A stretch of DNA of 64,000 nucleotides from assembly GCF_018977255.1 (NCBI RefSeq), contig NW_024704742.1, forward strand, positions 52,330,001-52,394,000. The letters run 5' to 3'. The notes beneath the pieces are model-generated. The model did not search any database. It had not been told where the DNA came from and saw only the letters and a list, made by a program, of their open reading frames with translations. The DNA is from Callorhinchus milii. Lineage: Eukaryota. A program made the translations under genes and the position numbers. Shown here piece by piece: positions 1-36,740 of the stretch; position 1 is the first letter of the stretch; the number at the start of each line of letters is the position of its first letter.

Positions 1-177
1 TGTAAAACATGAGATTTTCCACCACTCTGTTTCTATGCTTAGAAATAATTCAATTAATTCATTAAAGCGCTCTAAGATGCTACCCCCTCGTGAAGGGTGC
101 TATGTCGATACAAGTTGTTGTTGTTGTGATAGAATTGATTAAATATTGTTCTTTTTGCTGTCATGTTTTATTCTTAG

Positions 178-23033
<22,856 letters not shown>

Positions 23034-26000
23034 GACATTGAGTAAAGCAAAGTAGCACACACCCCTGTGCCCTGCTGAAACCATAAAAAGACTGAATGTA
23101 TATTTTAATAACATTTTATGTACATAGAAATAATGTTGGAATTGTGAAACTACTGTTTTGTGGCTCTGTGTAACCAAGTATTGTTTTTCACATCTTTTGG
23201 GATAATGTACACAAAGGTAGTTGTTTGTCAATATTACAAGGCTGTTTGGAAGATGTGTCACAAATCAATTACACAAAAGGATGGATTTTTTATATATCAC
23301 AGAAATTAAGGCTTTGTTGAAGTGGATCGTTAAAGCCATCTAAACCTTGTCCACACTTTGTTATACAAGGAGTAATTTACTGTTGATCTGTGTTGTCCAC
23401 ACTGTGTCTGTGCAATGGTAGCAGATGCCAATACTGTGCATCCACTTGTATTTGATGCTGCACTGACCACATTGTAAAACCACTTCCTTTGATATGGTTG
23501 TATGTTGCCTTACTGTTAACATGACATTTTTGAACAGTTACATGCATAACCTAAGTTCTTTTATGGAGTTTATAATCAATTCTTTTTTGCCTCTTGAAAG
23601 ATCACTTTATTTTTTGTCTTAAGCGCCTTGATTATATTAATCCCTCCATGTTGTCGAACTGTCTTCTACCATAATAGGTTAGTAGAAGTACATGATTATT
23701 CAAAGGATTATGTAGAAACTTTTAATAATTTTTTTTGATTGGAGGATATATAATGCTTCACAAACACTGTGCTGAAGTCAGTGTTAGATTTGCTGTAAAG
23801 GAAGCAAATGGTGCTGTACTCAATGAATGGATGATTGTCCAGATATGTTATGAGCCAAAGGCAGAGAACAATCAGAATTGTAATAGCTTTTTTTCTTCAA
23901 AGGCAGCTCAAAGAACATAGTCTCATTTGAAACCATTCCCCTTTTTACCGCTCAGTTTTAATCATAGAATATCAGACATCAGAGCAATGACAATTGCTGT
24001 CAATGGCCGTTGAGTCCATCAAGGAAAATTGTTAACCAGGCAATTGGACTGTTCTCAAGGCTTTTTACAAACCGTTAAAATTTGTAAACTAGTCTAGTGA
24101 TGGACCTCTTTGGACACACACTGGGGGAATTACACTTTTAAGCAACTTCTACATTGTCTTTCTGTAGCTACTGTGAGCGTATTGAGTGCCTTTAATAAAG
24201 GATTAATTTAGAGGAAGTTAAGATTGAAGTATGGCCAGCTCAACTTCTGTTTGGGAACAGTTACACATCCTCATTTTAGTTACCTTATTACGGAACTACT
24301 AATCTTATTTACTGTAAAAAGAAGCTATAACTGAATTGCAATAAGCTAAATAAACTGTTTAAAGCTACAGTAATTAATAGTAAAAAATGATGCTGAATAT
24401 TAATTGTTTTGTTTGTTTTGCTTGGCATTGAATTGTGAACAATACAGTGTGTTTTGTTTGCTGATTGAGATAAGTTACCTTAGGGGTACAGTGATTGCAT
24501 TGTACAGATCATTGCACTGATATACCTGCTATCTCATAAACTAACAAAGCAGCCAAAATTCCACCAGGTCTTTCTCGCTGAGACCACCCACTCTCAAAAT
24601 GTTAAAGTGATGCAGAATTGTCAATAATTCTTCAAAATTCAATCTTCAAAAAGGCAGAAAATTGGCTTCCAAATTAAGCTTAAATTTATCACTGTACCAT
24701 AATGCATGATCTTAAATTTTCAGAACCTAACACTCACCATTTAAAATAAGTTATTGTTACAATGGTAAATGTTGCTGTGAATTATAGATCTTAAAGTGGT
24801 CTCTAAGGTTTTTATTTGTTTAAAATTTATTTTCCAGGTTTAATCTGTAATATTATAATAATAATATTTTGGGATACAGTATATGAGGAATTTGAGACAT
24901 GACAAGTGTAGCATGCTTGGAAGAACTAAGCAACTTTGGATCTAAGGTTTCAAAAGCTTTCCAATGTGATGGTAAACTAATCCATATAAAATTAATTGCT
25001 ATCAACATCTCCATTATTGTAGCGACTACCAAGATGGTAGAAGGAGGACTAGATGGATCTTAGGCTTTTTTCCTCTAGCAATTCCTATGTTTAGCGATTG
25101 TTGAATTTGACCTCTCCTTAGAAGACTTTAGTAGGGAATAAATATTAAATAAAGATAAGTTATCTCTAGGGTGTAAATTTACAAAAGAAATCACTATCAA
25201 ATTTAAAAAATGATGGTGGATAGTTGGTTATGAAAAGGAAGCAAATGTTTACTGGAGAAGTGTTACCTGGTGGGTGACAATTTTATGCTGGTGTTAGTTA
25301 AGAAATGCAGTAGATTTTTGTTTTTAAGTTTGCAACTCAATGAAAATGTTCTGTAAGCTTATACAATAGTTTAAATTAACTGAGCAGAGCAGGTTAACTT
25401 GTTTTCTGATTTGCGTGTGTGTTTTTTTAAAAAAAACTGTTTTGAACAGCTGTTGTATTCCTTCTTCTGTTACTTTATTTGAGGAATTATCCCAAATCTG
25501 CCTGTTTTTGAAAAATTGTGCTGTTTGTTAATTGTATTGTTTGGTTATTTTTGCAATTCACTGGAAAATACATGATAGCATAAAGGAGGCTTGGAAATCC
25601 ATTTTTATATTAAGATATGTTTCAGTAACCTGAGATTGTTCTTGTCTAGATTATTCCTATACTTCTGCATCAGACAATATGATACAAATCACACAGTGGC
25701 AGACAAGGCTTTCTGGGTTTGATCAGCTATAAAGTGAAGAGATCCATGCTCTCGCTCATCCAGAAATAACCTCTAAAGTATTCCCTAAAATGGTCTGAAG
25801 ATCACTTACTTTTATTTCTGGGCTGGACTTGATAGATTGAAATAGATTGAGCCCATGGCTTCCAGGCCGATCATATAAAATATTTTTTGGGCAAGGAGAT
25901 AGTGGATTTTGGCTCTCCTCGATAGATTGCCACTGGGAAAGAAATAGCCAACAATAACAAGAAACTGATACAGGCTTAGATTTTACCAAGAAACATTGCC

Positions 26001-26430
26001 TGGCTCAGATTAAAACCAAGTGGATGTTGGGACCTGGAAATGAAGAAAATACTTACCTGCAGAGGTGTACTGCAACCTGGTGATTTATGCTGATGTTTTT
26101 ATACTTGCAATAAATAAGGAATATCCAATATATTCAGGAGAAAGACTGCTCCTCATAACTGCCAATGAGAGACCTAGATAAAGTGACTACAAATAGCTGG
26201 TCACTGTCTGCATGAATACATATATGACCTGTAAGAATAACATAAATATTTGAATGCAAATACAAAGATTATTATATTTGCTTTTGATGAACAGTTTCTA
26301 AGTTCTTTGTGTATAAATTGTATTTTGCATTTTCTAAATGTGCACATCTACTGTATAGCAATACACTGTTTAATATGCAAACATTTTTTGTAGAAAGATT
26401 TGATTAAAGCAGTGTGTTACTGTGAAGTGA
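23034..26430 (+). other. KIT: Probable long KIT 3'UTR (3' end uncertain)
   Basis: About 3.4 kb of AT-rich sequence free of young SINE/L2 copies, unlike the neighbouring introns. Candidate poly(A) signals: AATAAA 24194-24199 and 26109-26114, ATTAAA 26403-26408 followed by GT-rich sequence. Repeats resume near 26515. Confidence 0.55.
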
Positions 26431-27319
26431 ATATGTTTTATTCAATAAGCAGACAATATTATTACCATCAAAGGACATTCCATGTGTTTACTCATGGTTA
26501 ACGCACCCCATAATTTAACTGGCTGCTATGTTTCACACACAAAAATAATCAATTCACTTTATTGTATATTCTGTGAAGCAATTTGAGACATCTCAAAGAC
26601 ATAATAAGGCGCTATATCAAATGCAAGGATTATTACTATTAATGCCCCCTGATGTATTGGGGAGGGTTTATTGATATTGCAAAGATGATTGAAGAACTTG
26701 GGAACCTTCATTTGTGAGGAAAGGCTTCCTGAATTGAACTTTCAGGTCTTCAACAACAGCAACATGCATTTATATAAGGCCCTTCACATAGCATAATATC
26801 TTCACAGTGCTTATTAGCTGAGTGGGGGGCTGAGCAGAGAAATGGGATAGGAGAAATTCACAGAAATAGGCAAATGCAAGGAATTTGTAGATGAGGATGA
26901 GGACCTTGAAATTGATCTGTTGGGAGCCAGGGAGCTAGTGGAGCCTGGCAAGGACTGGGATGATACGCCTGTGAGTTTAGAGATGACCAGGATGTGGGTG
27001 TTGGAGTTTGGGATTAGCTGGTGTTTATGGATGGTGAAACTAGGGATACCAACCAGGATATTCTAAATATATACTAACTTTTGACATGTTTGACACGTGT
27101 AAAAGAATAACAATGCAGTTTGACGTGTAATGAATATCAGTGGAGCTGAACAGCTTTCTGAGCCCATGCAAAATCACGATGCCACAGCACTGGCGACCAC
27201 ACCCCATTTTTTTTAATCTCAATGGTCTGACAAACAGTCTTCCAAATAAAACTGATCATTTGCTTCATGGCTGTTTGTGGGACACTTCTGTGTAAACATT
27301 TGATGCTGGGTTTACCTAC

Positions 27320-28025
27320 TACCTTGCTAAGCCAGTCCAGAATCTTGGCATCTTGTTTGACCCTCAACTATCCTTTCTAACTCATGACCTGCTCTGCCTT
27401 ACCCCACGTCCGCAACATTGCCCAGCTCCGTCACTGTCTCACACCTCAGGCCACCGAAACCCTCATACACGCGTTCATTACATCGAGGCTTGACTATGCA
27501 AACTCATTGCTTGTCGACCTCCCCAACTCCTCCCTCCATAGGCTGCAGATCATCCAGAATTCTGCACCCCATGTCCTCTCCTGCACTAGGCTCCGTGGCC
27601 CGACTCCACTGGCTTCCCATCACACGGCGGATACAGTTCAAGATCTTGGTTCTCACCTTCAAAGTCCTCCATGGCCTTGCTCCCCCCTACATCTGCGACC
27701 TCCTTACCCCCTAAAATCCTACTCGCTCCCTCCTCTTAGCGGACTCCAGGCTGCTTCACGTTCCCAGCCTCGGTCGCCCCACTATTGAGGGGCAGGCCTT
27801 CTGCCACTCTGCCCCTACCCTTTGGAACTCCATGCCGCAGTCCCTCTGCCTCGCCCCTTCCCTTGTCACCTTCAAGACTCATCTCAAAACCCTTCTCTTC
27901 CTCCCTGCTTCCTCCCCTGCCCTCCACCCTTCCCAACCCCAACCCCCAGCTCAGGTCTAAATCTCTGTCTGTCCAGCACCTGATGTAAAAGGCCCTTTAC
28001 AAATGTAATTTTGTTGTTTTGTTGT
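27320..28025 (+). mobile_element. L2 3' fragment
   Basis: RNIAQLRHCLTPQATETLIHAFITSRLDYANSLL and LHWLPITRRIQFKILVLTFK; TTG tail. Confidence 0.88.
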
Positions 28026-30459
28026 ATGTACAGAGGCACTAACTTTTATAGCAGTGACGGCTAACCTATTGCTCATGGGCCAGAAGTGGCTCACAGGACC
28101 ATAAAAAACTGACCATTTAGTCCTAATGAGTCTATTTTAAATCAATGTTTTTTTTCCAATAGCTACTGAAAGACGATCTTTACAATGTGGCCATAAATCA
28201 AAAATATTCAATCAAGAAAATGCATTTGGTTGGCAGACCAAAAAGGTTGACTGCTTTATCATGTACTCTATGAAATGTTTTGAACCATCCTCCTGATGGG
28301 AAAGGCGTCATGTCAAATGTAAGGATTATTGAATTTCCCTACCTACCATCATGTCATCATGACTACTGGCCTAACTTGTTTGGGTGTGTGTTGGTGGTGT
28401 TGTGGGTATTTACTTGAAACTAGAGTGGTTTGGACCACAATTTTTGGTGATATGGTAATTAGCACTTTGAAGTATCCTCCTGGTATGAAAGGTGTATAAA
28501 TGTTAATTTGTATTGTTTTCGCACATCAAATGTCTCATTTTTTTCTCCCCATAGAAACTCTTAGTTCTCCACTGAGAGATTTTAGTTGCAAAGTTCATTT
28601 CTCACGATGAGATCACCACAAGCCTGGCCTACATTTGCTAAAATTCAGTTTCTTTCCTTTTTCTTTCCTTAACAAAGTAATGTTAAGTGGTTAAGTGGTC
28701 TGATGGTTGGATTTGTTTTTTTTGTGTTGAAATGCGTTAACCCTCGTTTTGCAGTTAGTGGACCACAGTTATAACCTGCACAGCTGATGATTCATGAGGA
28801 GGAAGGAAAGTATTTCGCCATCACCTTGTTAGCTGTTACAGAGAACTGCTGCTATGTTTAGTAAAACAGTATTTAACGTCACAGTGTACTCATGCCACTG
28901 TAAAAATAGCTGTAACTGTGGGTGAATGTGATATTGCCCACAAATGTCCATTTATCCAGGTCAAGCTGTTTCAGTAGAAAGTTCAACAAATGTTGACTCA
29001 CTTCAGATTTGCAGTGAAAAAAAACAGCTTATCTGTACAAAACCATATGTGATGAAACAGAGACGAAAGTTTGGGGATTGTGCCTGAAGGATTTGATGCT
29101 TGATCTACAGAGTTCTTACAGAACATGTAGGGTTCATTTCGAGGTTGTAGGAATGGTTGGAGAATGAGATGAACAAATATTCACAGATGACACTGACATC
29201 TGTGCCTTGGATAATGGAATGTTGTCTGAAGGAAAGCAGGTTAAATGGTGGAGATAGGTGTTGAATTTTCCTTTGGCTGTCTTTGGGAATTTGAGCATAT
29301 ATGTTTTCTCCAGAAGATGAGGTGGGGCTGGAGTTCAGGATAAGGAAAGCTTTCTGTGGTCTGAGTTTGGAGAACACTTGATGGGCTGAAAGGCTGTTTC
29401 TCCCTTCAGGTTTTCTTGTGTACCTATTTGTGGGAAGCATTATACTAAATGCATTATACTTACTTGCTCACTATTATTATTTGACGGTTGGGGCTGTTCA
29501 TTCCAAAACCAATCAATAATTAAAGAATTACACTTTTTTGATGATGTGATCACATTGTATACTGCATCTTCCAACCCAAGGTGCCTCAGTTGGTAGCACT
29601 TGTGCCTCTAAGTCAAAAGCTTTTTGGTTCTTGGGTTCGAGCCCCACATCAGGACTTTGAGCTTATATTTTAGGCTGACATTCCAACCCCTTGATGGGTG
29701 TGTGTCATAGGTATTGGCCTTTGGATGAGATGTTAAACCAATGTACCAGCTATCAGTTAGGATGGACATTAAAAATTCTATGCACAACTCAAGAATAAGT
29801 TTCTCCGGGTGTCCAGAACAAGAAATTCCCAGATTTAAACAAATGTTCACTTCATGACTGTTTGTGGGATAGTTTGCAAATTGATTACCATGTTCACGTG
29901 CACAATCACTTGCACTTTATAAATCCTGAATAGTAATAATCCTTACATTTGATATAGTGCCTTTTACGTCGGGAGGATGTTTACAGTGTTTCACAGGATT
30001 TAATGTAAAGTGCTGTGACTACATTTTGTGGGTGAATGTGCGAGCTAATTTGTACACAGATATGTTCCACAAATAACCGTGAATGACCAATTTTATCTGA
30101 GGGAGTGTCGGTCAAAACACCGAGAGAAACTCCCTTCTCTTTTTGACTGTGTTTATGGTCACTTCCCCTCTCTCCCCAGCTCAGTGTCATGCTTCTCCAT
30201 CATTAAACACTCTAATATGCTATCACATGAAGGGCGCTATATAAATGTAAGTTGTTGTTGTTAGATAGTGCCATAGGAACGTTAACGTCCACCTGAACAG
30301 GCAGAAGGGATCTTTATTGAACATTTCATTCAATGAATGTCATCTTCGACAATGCAATGCAATCTTGTATCATCTTACATAGGATGTCGCACACATATTC
30401 TACAGCTTTTGATATTAAGAAATAGGGAAAAGTCATTTTGTCTTCTATTGACTACATTG

Positions 30460-30955
30460 AATAATAAAAACAATTTGTATTTATATAGCACCATTAACAT
30501 GAGCAGCATCTCAGAGCTCTTAACAGAGCTTGATGCTGAGCTGGAGGAAGGGAGGAGGTGAGTGTAAGCACGATTGAAGAAGAAGGTCTGCAGTTGTGAT
30601 GTAAAAGAGGGGAAAGAGGGAGAAAGGCGGAGGGACTGGGGGAGAGAGTTTTGAGTCGTAGTGCTGAAAGCACGACCACAGCTGGTGGAGCAGAACGGAT
30701 GAGGGACAAGCAGGAGGCCAGAGTGGTGGAGTGGGAAAAAAAGCAGGTCAGAAATGTAGGGAGGTGTGAGGGCATGAAGAGGCTTGTAGATGAGTGAGGA
30801 GATCTTGAAATCAATCCATTTTGTGTTAGGGAGCCAGTGGAGCCTGGCAAGGAGTTTAGTGTGGATGAGAATACAGGCAGCAGTGTTCTGAATCAGTTGT
30901 GGTTTATGGATAGTGGTGATGGGGAGACTGGAGAGAAGGGCATTGGAATACAATA
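30460..30955 (-). mobile_element. Old L2 3' fragment
   Basis: QLIQNTAA...LHWLP...IDFKI...PPYISDLL in ORF 30375-30959. Confidence 0.82.
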
Positions 30956-33312
30956 ACAATGTTAAGTGAAAATTTTTTGATCATTCTTGTAAGAGGAATA
31001 ATGTTAACATTTTTATCTTAATTGAGGAAAAATGTTGGAAGAAGTCTTGTTTTTTAAGATTTGTAAAGGTTTCCAGGAACTTTCCTTTGTAGACCAAAAC
31101 CTCAAAAGTCACTATTTTGCTGATCAACAGATAAAGACTGCAATAATAAAAAAAATTGCATTTAATATAGCACCAAATTAAGTCATTGAGATGTCTCAAA
31201 GCGCTTCACAGAATACACTGTAAAGTGAATTGACATTGTATTTTGTGGACGAAACGCGGCAGTCAATTACTCACAACAATGTCCCACAAACTGTCATGGA
31301 TTGAGTGGCCAAATTATCATTCAAAATTATTTTATTATTTTAATTACATCTGCTACTTGCAAACGTCTGAGCTCTAACTAGTGGTATTTCATAATGGGAT
31401 TTAATTCCCTTCAAACCTGTAGGAACTGCTCTCTAGACTTACAGGTGACCAAAATGTCTTATTTTTCAGCTGCCCTATTATCTAAAAAAGTCCTAATTTC
31501 TTTAAGGCTTACTAGACATTGTTATGGTATAATGCTTGCATTTTGGTATCACAACTTTTTGGTCACCCTGTACACCCGGTGATTAGAAGTCCCCATGTAC
31601 GGGACTCAGATTCCTTTCTAAGAAATCCACCAGCCGTGCTCTCTCTCCTTCCCCCTCTAGCTCCCCTCTACTTCATCTCATAAAGCAGCTCTGTGGATAT
31701 TAGAAATAGCTTTTTAATATACATTTATAAAAACAAAGAATCACAATGCTCTACTGGATGTTCACTTCATGGAAAATTAATTGTAGTTGAAATCTGTTCA
31801 GATTGCAGGGTAATTTTGTAAAATAGTTGGTACAGCAAAAGAGAATGCAAATTCATCCACTGCATTCTGATTATCAACTGGGTCTTTCATAACCGAGTGA
31901 ACTGGGTTTCCTGCTAAGATTTATTAGCCTGCCACCTTTCACTGTGCTGGTTTCTGGTTTGCGGTTTTGTAAAAATTAAACTCTCTCTTCTGGTCAAGAA
32001 AAAGAATAAGAAATTTGGACCAAACATGGAACAGAGATTGTTTACTGCAGCCAATATGGTTTAGAGTTGTGGGAAAGAAGGAACCCAAATTGACCTGGCT
32101 TGTTAAGTTTAGAAGCAAAACCCTATTTGGGTAGAATCATTTTAATTACTGTACAAATGTTGGAGGCACCCTGACATCAAAAAGTAAAACAAACAAGAAA
32201 ACAGAGATCACTGAAAGTTGATGGGACAGAAATGGGTCACAACATATCAAGATGCATAAAACAATTTGTTTTTTTAGCAGTGCAAATTAAAAGTCCTGTG
32301 GGAAAGATATCCCTGTATTTTTCCCCTCTCAGTTGATTAGTTGAAATACTCACAGTGGTTACATATGAAAGATTACACTTATATAGTGCGATACATTGGA
32401 GAGTATATATAAAACTATAAACTCCTTCAGAAGAATAGGTGTGGAAAGTGGGAAAATAAATAGAATGGTTGATCAGTCATAGTAGTCACAGTACTTTAGT
32501 TTGCTTGGATCCCCTCATTCCAGCATTGAAGATGTTGAAGACTGCTGTGTAATATGAGCAAATTGAGCACCTCGGTATTATTATCAGCTTCAAACATCGT
32601 TCTCTGATATCATTTGATTCCTTCCTCCTACTTTGCATCTGTGCTCTGAGACACTATCCTGTGTTTAACCATGGGAAAGGTGCAGTATAAATGCAAGTTG
32701 TGGTTTGATTGTATTCTTAGAGTGCTGCAACCAGCATCAGATATTTTGACACAGAATGAGACCATTTGGCGCACCATTTGGCTTTACTCCATGCTAGCTC
32801 CCCACTGAAATTAATTGCTTCAATTGGAAGCTAGCATGGAGTAGCCACAAATCCTATTTCCCTGCACTTCACCCCATTATGTTTTCAATTCTTCAAATGT
32901 GTATTTAATTCCTTTTCGAAATTATAGAATTGACTTGGCTTCAGTGACCACTCGTGGTAACATATTCCAGATCCTAATAACATTTTGTGTAAAAGTAAAT
33001 CTCAAACCTATGATTCTAATATTAATCTTGAGTTTCTCCTCCTCTCCCTCTGTTGCCAATTCACTCACTGGTTAAAGTAGTTTTTCATTATTTATTCTTT
33101 CCACCACTTTCACATTTATGTTTTCGTCTATTAGATCATCTCTTAACCTCAATGATCCTATTAGGGACTTGTGCTTAACATCGATTTACTTGCAAAGTAA
33201 TTGCACAATGTTCACATTGTTATTTGATTATTAATATATAGAAAATCTTTCATTGTTAATATAGTATTGATGTGGAAAATACTTGAAAATCACACTTAAA
33301 ATCTCACTGAGC

Positions 33313-33691
33313 GTGTCAGTCTGGCTAAGTTGGTAGCATTCTCACCTCTGAGTCAGAAGTTTGCAGGTTCAAACCCCACTGCATTATTGGAGGTGCCGTC
33401 CTTCAGATGAGATGGCAATCTAACATTCTGGCTGCTTGTTCAGCTGCAAGTTAAAGATCCCATGGCACTTTTCGAGAAGAGAATTTCTTCCAGTGTTGTG
33501 GCCAGTAGTCCCTACATAACACTGATAAGTCACTTCATGGCCGTCTATGGGACATTGTTGTGTGCAATTTGGCTGCTTTGTTTGACTGCAAATACACAAT
33601 TACTACACGTTGTGATAAATGTTGTGAAGCTCTTTAAGATAGCTTCACATTGTGTTAAGGCATTATAACAAATGCAAGGATTATTATTATT
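33313..33691 (+). mobile_element. DeuSINE-type SINE (tRNA head plus Deu-like domain)
   Basis: GGTGCCGTCCTTCAGATGAGA...GTTAAAGATCCCATGGCACTTTTCGAGAAGAG resembles the Deu domain; shared tail. Other copies at about 415-970, 1070-1470, 7655-8130, 13836-14520, 20230-20510, 29578-30330, 49335-49870, 50810-51068, 55605-55890 and 56596-56935. Confidence 0.8.
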
Positions 33692-33819
33692 AAAGAGCAT
33701 CAGCTATTACTGTTGGCTGTAAGTCAATCGCTGTGGGTTTTTTGCATTCACAGCCAACAGCTGAAGAGTCTGCCCATGTTTTATCACAAATGGCCTGATT
33801 ACTTATTTATGTACTGAAA

Positions 33820-35472
33820 TACATTCATGTACAAAAAGGGGCAGAAGGACAAACCTGGGAACTACAGGCCAGTCAGCCTAACATCAGTACTGGGGAAACT
33901 CCTGGAGATTAATAATGCAGTACTCCCCAGCAGTCTAGACTATTAGCTCAAAGTCCTGATTATGGGGTTTGAACCTGCAAACTTCTGATTCAGAGGTGAG
34001 AATGCTACCAATTGAGCCAGACTGATACCCTCAGTGAGATTTTAAGTGTGATTTTCAAGTATTTTCCACACCAATACTATATTAACAGTGAAAGATTTTC
34101 TATATATTAATAATCAAATAACAATGTGAACATTGTTATAATCCGGGACAGAATAAATCTTCACTTAGAAGAATATGAGTTAATTAGGGACAGCCAGCAC
34201 AGATTTGTTAAAGGCAAATCCTGCCTAACAAATCTAATAGAATTTTTCGATGAGTCACGGAGAGGGTGGATGAAGGTAGTGAAGTTGATGTAGTTTATAT
34301 GGCCTTTCAAAAGGCATTTGACAAAGTGCCACATAAAAGACTTGTAAGAAAGATAGAAGCCCATGGTATAAAAGGGACAGTGGCAGCATGGATCCAGAAC
34401 TGGCTGGGAGACAGAAAGCAGAGAGTTGTGGTGAGCCGCTGCTTTTCTGACTGAAGGGAAGTGTACAGTGACGTCCCCCAGGGATCGGTATTAGGACCAC
34501 TGCTCTTCTTAATATTCATAAATGATCTGGACTTGGGTATAGCAAGTACCATTTCCAAGTTTGCGGATGACACAAAGTTAGGTAGGACAGTAAACAGTGA
34601 GAAAGATAGTAGCCAACTGCAGGAAGACATAGACAGAATGATAAAATGGGCAGACACATGGCAGATGAATTTCATTGTGGAGAAATGTGAGGTAATGCAC
34701 TTTGGAAGAAAGAATGAGGAGAGGCAATATAGGCTGGTAATACAATCTTAAGGAGGGTGAAGGAACAGAGAGACCTGGGAATTCAGGTAAATGAATCTTT
34801 GAAGGTGGCAGGACAGGTAGATAAAGCTGTAAAAAGGCCATATGGGATACTAGGCTTTATTAATAGGGGCATAGAGTACAAAAGTCAGGAGGTTATGGTT
34901 AACCTATATAAAATACTGGTTAGGCCTCGGTTAGAATACTGCGCCCAGTTCTGGGCACCACACTATGGAAGGATGTTAAGGCATTGGAAAAGGTGCAGAG
35001 GAGATTTACGAGGAAGGTATGAGGAATGAGGGACCTTGATTATGAGGAAAGGCTAGAGAGAGTAGGATTATTCTCAATGGAGCAGAGAAGGTTATGAGGA
35101 GACCTAATAGAGGTCTTCAAAATCATGAGGGGATTTGATAGGTTAGAAAGGGAAAAACTGTTTCCACTGGTGGGTGTGTCGGTGACTTGAGGTCACAGAT
35201 TTAAAATAGCTTCTAAAAGAAGCAGAGGGGAGGTGAGAAGAAATTTTTTCAAACAGCGAATGCATTGCCTGAAAGGGTGGTGGAGGCTGATTCGATAACA
35301 ACTTTTAAAAACGCGGTGGATGGGTATTTGAGGAGGACGGGTTTGCAGGGTTATGGGGAAGGGGCTGGGGAATGGGATTGACGTTACATTGCTCTTTTCA
35401 AAGAGCTGGCACAGACTTGATGGGCCAAATGGCCACTTTTTGTGCTGTACGATTCTATGATTCTATGATTCT
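33820..35472 (+). mobile_element. CR1-clade LINE, 5'-truncated, interrupted at 33911-34136
   Basis: PGNYRPVSLTS, SQHRFVKGKSCLTNL, FQKAFDKVPH, VPQGSVLGPLLF, FADDTK, YKILVRPRLEYC; stops and frameshifts; ends in the CR1-type (TTCTATGA)n octamer repeat. Confidence 0.93.
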
Positions 35473-35839
35473 AATGAATTAGCAAATTAAAATTCCCACT
35501 AAGCCCTGTGGGAAAGTAGTGAAAAATCCAACACATTGGAAAATCATCACCTGCCAAATATGTAAACAATATCACTGCTTTTGGGACACCAATAGGTTTC
35601 TCAGTTGCAGATGTGGTTGCCCTGATGTGGCTGTATTGAGAGTTGACTTTGGCAGGCAGCTGTCTATTTGAGGTTGCTGCCTTGGCAAGCATGATTAATT
35701 TGCTGAATCACAGGAAACCAGTGAACATATAACTATGCATCTCTTGCAAAATTTGTATACATTCCAGGTTATTCTAGTCGAATTGGTATAGCCATAGAAC
35801 TTTGAAGTAATCATGTATCAAGCCTGCAGGTAAATTATC

Positions 35840-36205
35840 AATGTGTTCAAATCCATTCACTCCCTGGCACCTCCCTACCTCTCCGACCTCCTCACTCCCC
35901 AATTTACCATCCGGTGCCTCTGCTTGACTGGCACCGAGATCCTACTCGTCCCTCGCACCCTCTGCCCCACCATCAGAGGTAGTGCTTGCAGCCACTACAC
36001 CCCAAAACTCTGGAACACTCTCCCTCAATCCCACTGCCTTGTCCCCTCTCTCCCCTCTTTGAAGTCCCGCCTGAAAACTTTCCTGTTCAACAGTGCTTAC
36101 GGCCACTTAAATCCGGCTCGGGGTCAGGCTCCACCACTGTTAAGCGCTCTGAGATGCTACCCTGCTTGGAGGGTGCTATATAAGTGCAAGTTTGTTGTTG
36201 TTGTT
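35840..36205 (+). mobile_element. L2 3' fragment
   Basis: FKSIHSLAPPYLSDLL...LWNTLP...LKTFLF; stem-loop and TTG tail. Confidence 0.86.
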
Positions 36206-36606
36206 TTATCACTTTTTAGTGCTATACGCCAATAATTGGAATTCCCTTTTCAAGACCCAATGGCAAAGGTTGGTAAATTTGCCAACAATCAGCGAATAAT
36301 GCTGTATAATCTACAACAACAACAATTTATACTTTCGTAGTGCCCTTTAAGTAGGATAGTGACCATGCTACTGTTAAAGAGGTAAGTCTTAAGGAAGGAC
36401 TTAAAAATAAATAAAGAGGGGGTGAGGTGGAAGGATTGAGGCAGGAAGTGCAATGAGTGTTATGGAGCCAATATCTACAACAACAACTTGGATTGAAAGC
36501 GCCCTCCATGCCGGACAGCATCTCAGAGCGCTTGATCTACTATCAGTATCTGATGGCTTATCTGACTAAACCTAGAACTAGAGTTGGTGATATTATCATA
36601 TAAATA

Positions 36607-36740
36607 AAAAAAAGAAGTCGCTGGGAACACTCAGCAGGTCAGGCAGCATCTATAAAGAAAAGAAAGTGAGTCAATGTTTCGGGTCCACGACCCTTCGTCA
36701 GTTTTCAGATTTCCAGCATCTGCAGTATTTTGTGTTTTGT
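36607..36740. mobile_element. Short Penelope-like-derived element with a 14-bp TSD and hammerhead-like core
   Basis: TTATCATATAAATA at 36593-36606 and 36741-36754. Body CTCAGCAGGTCAGGCAGCATCT...TTTCCAGCATCTGCAG resembles an abundant chondrichthyan repeat. Minus strand has CTGACGA-A-GGGTC-GTG-GACCC-GAAAC. Confidence 0.72.
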
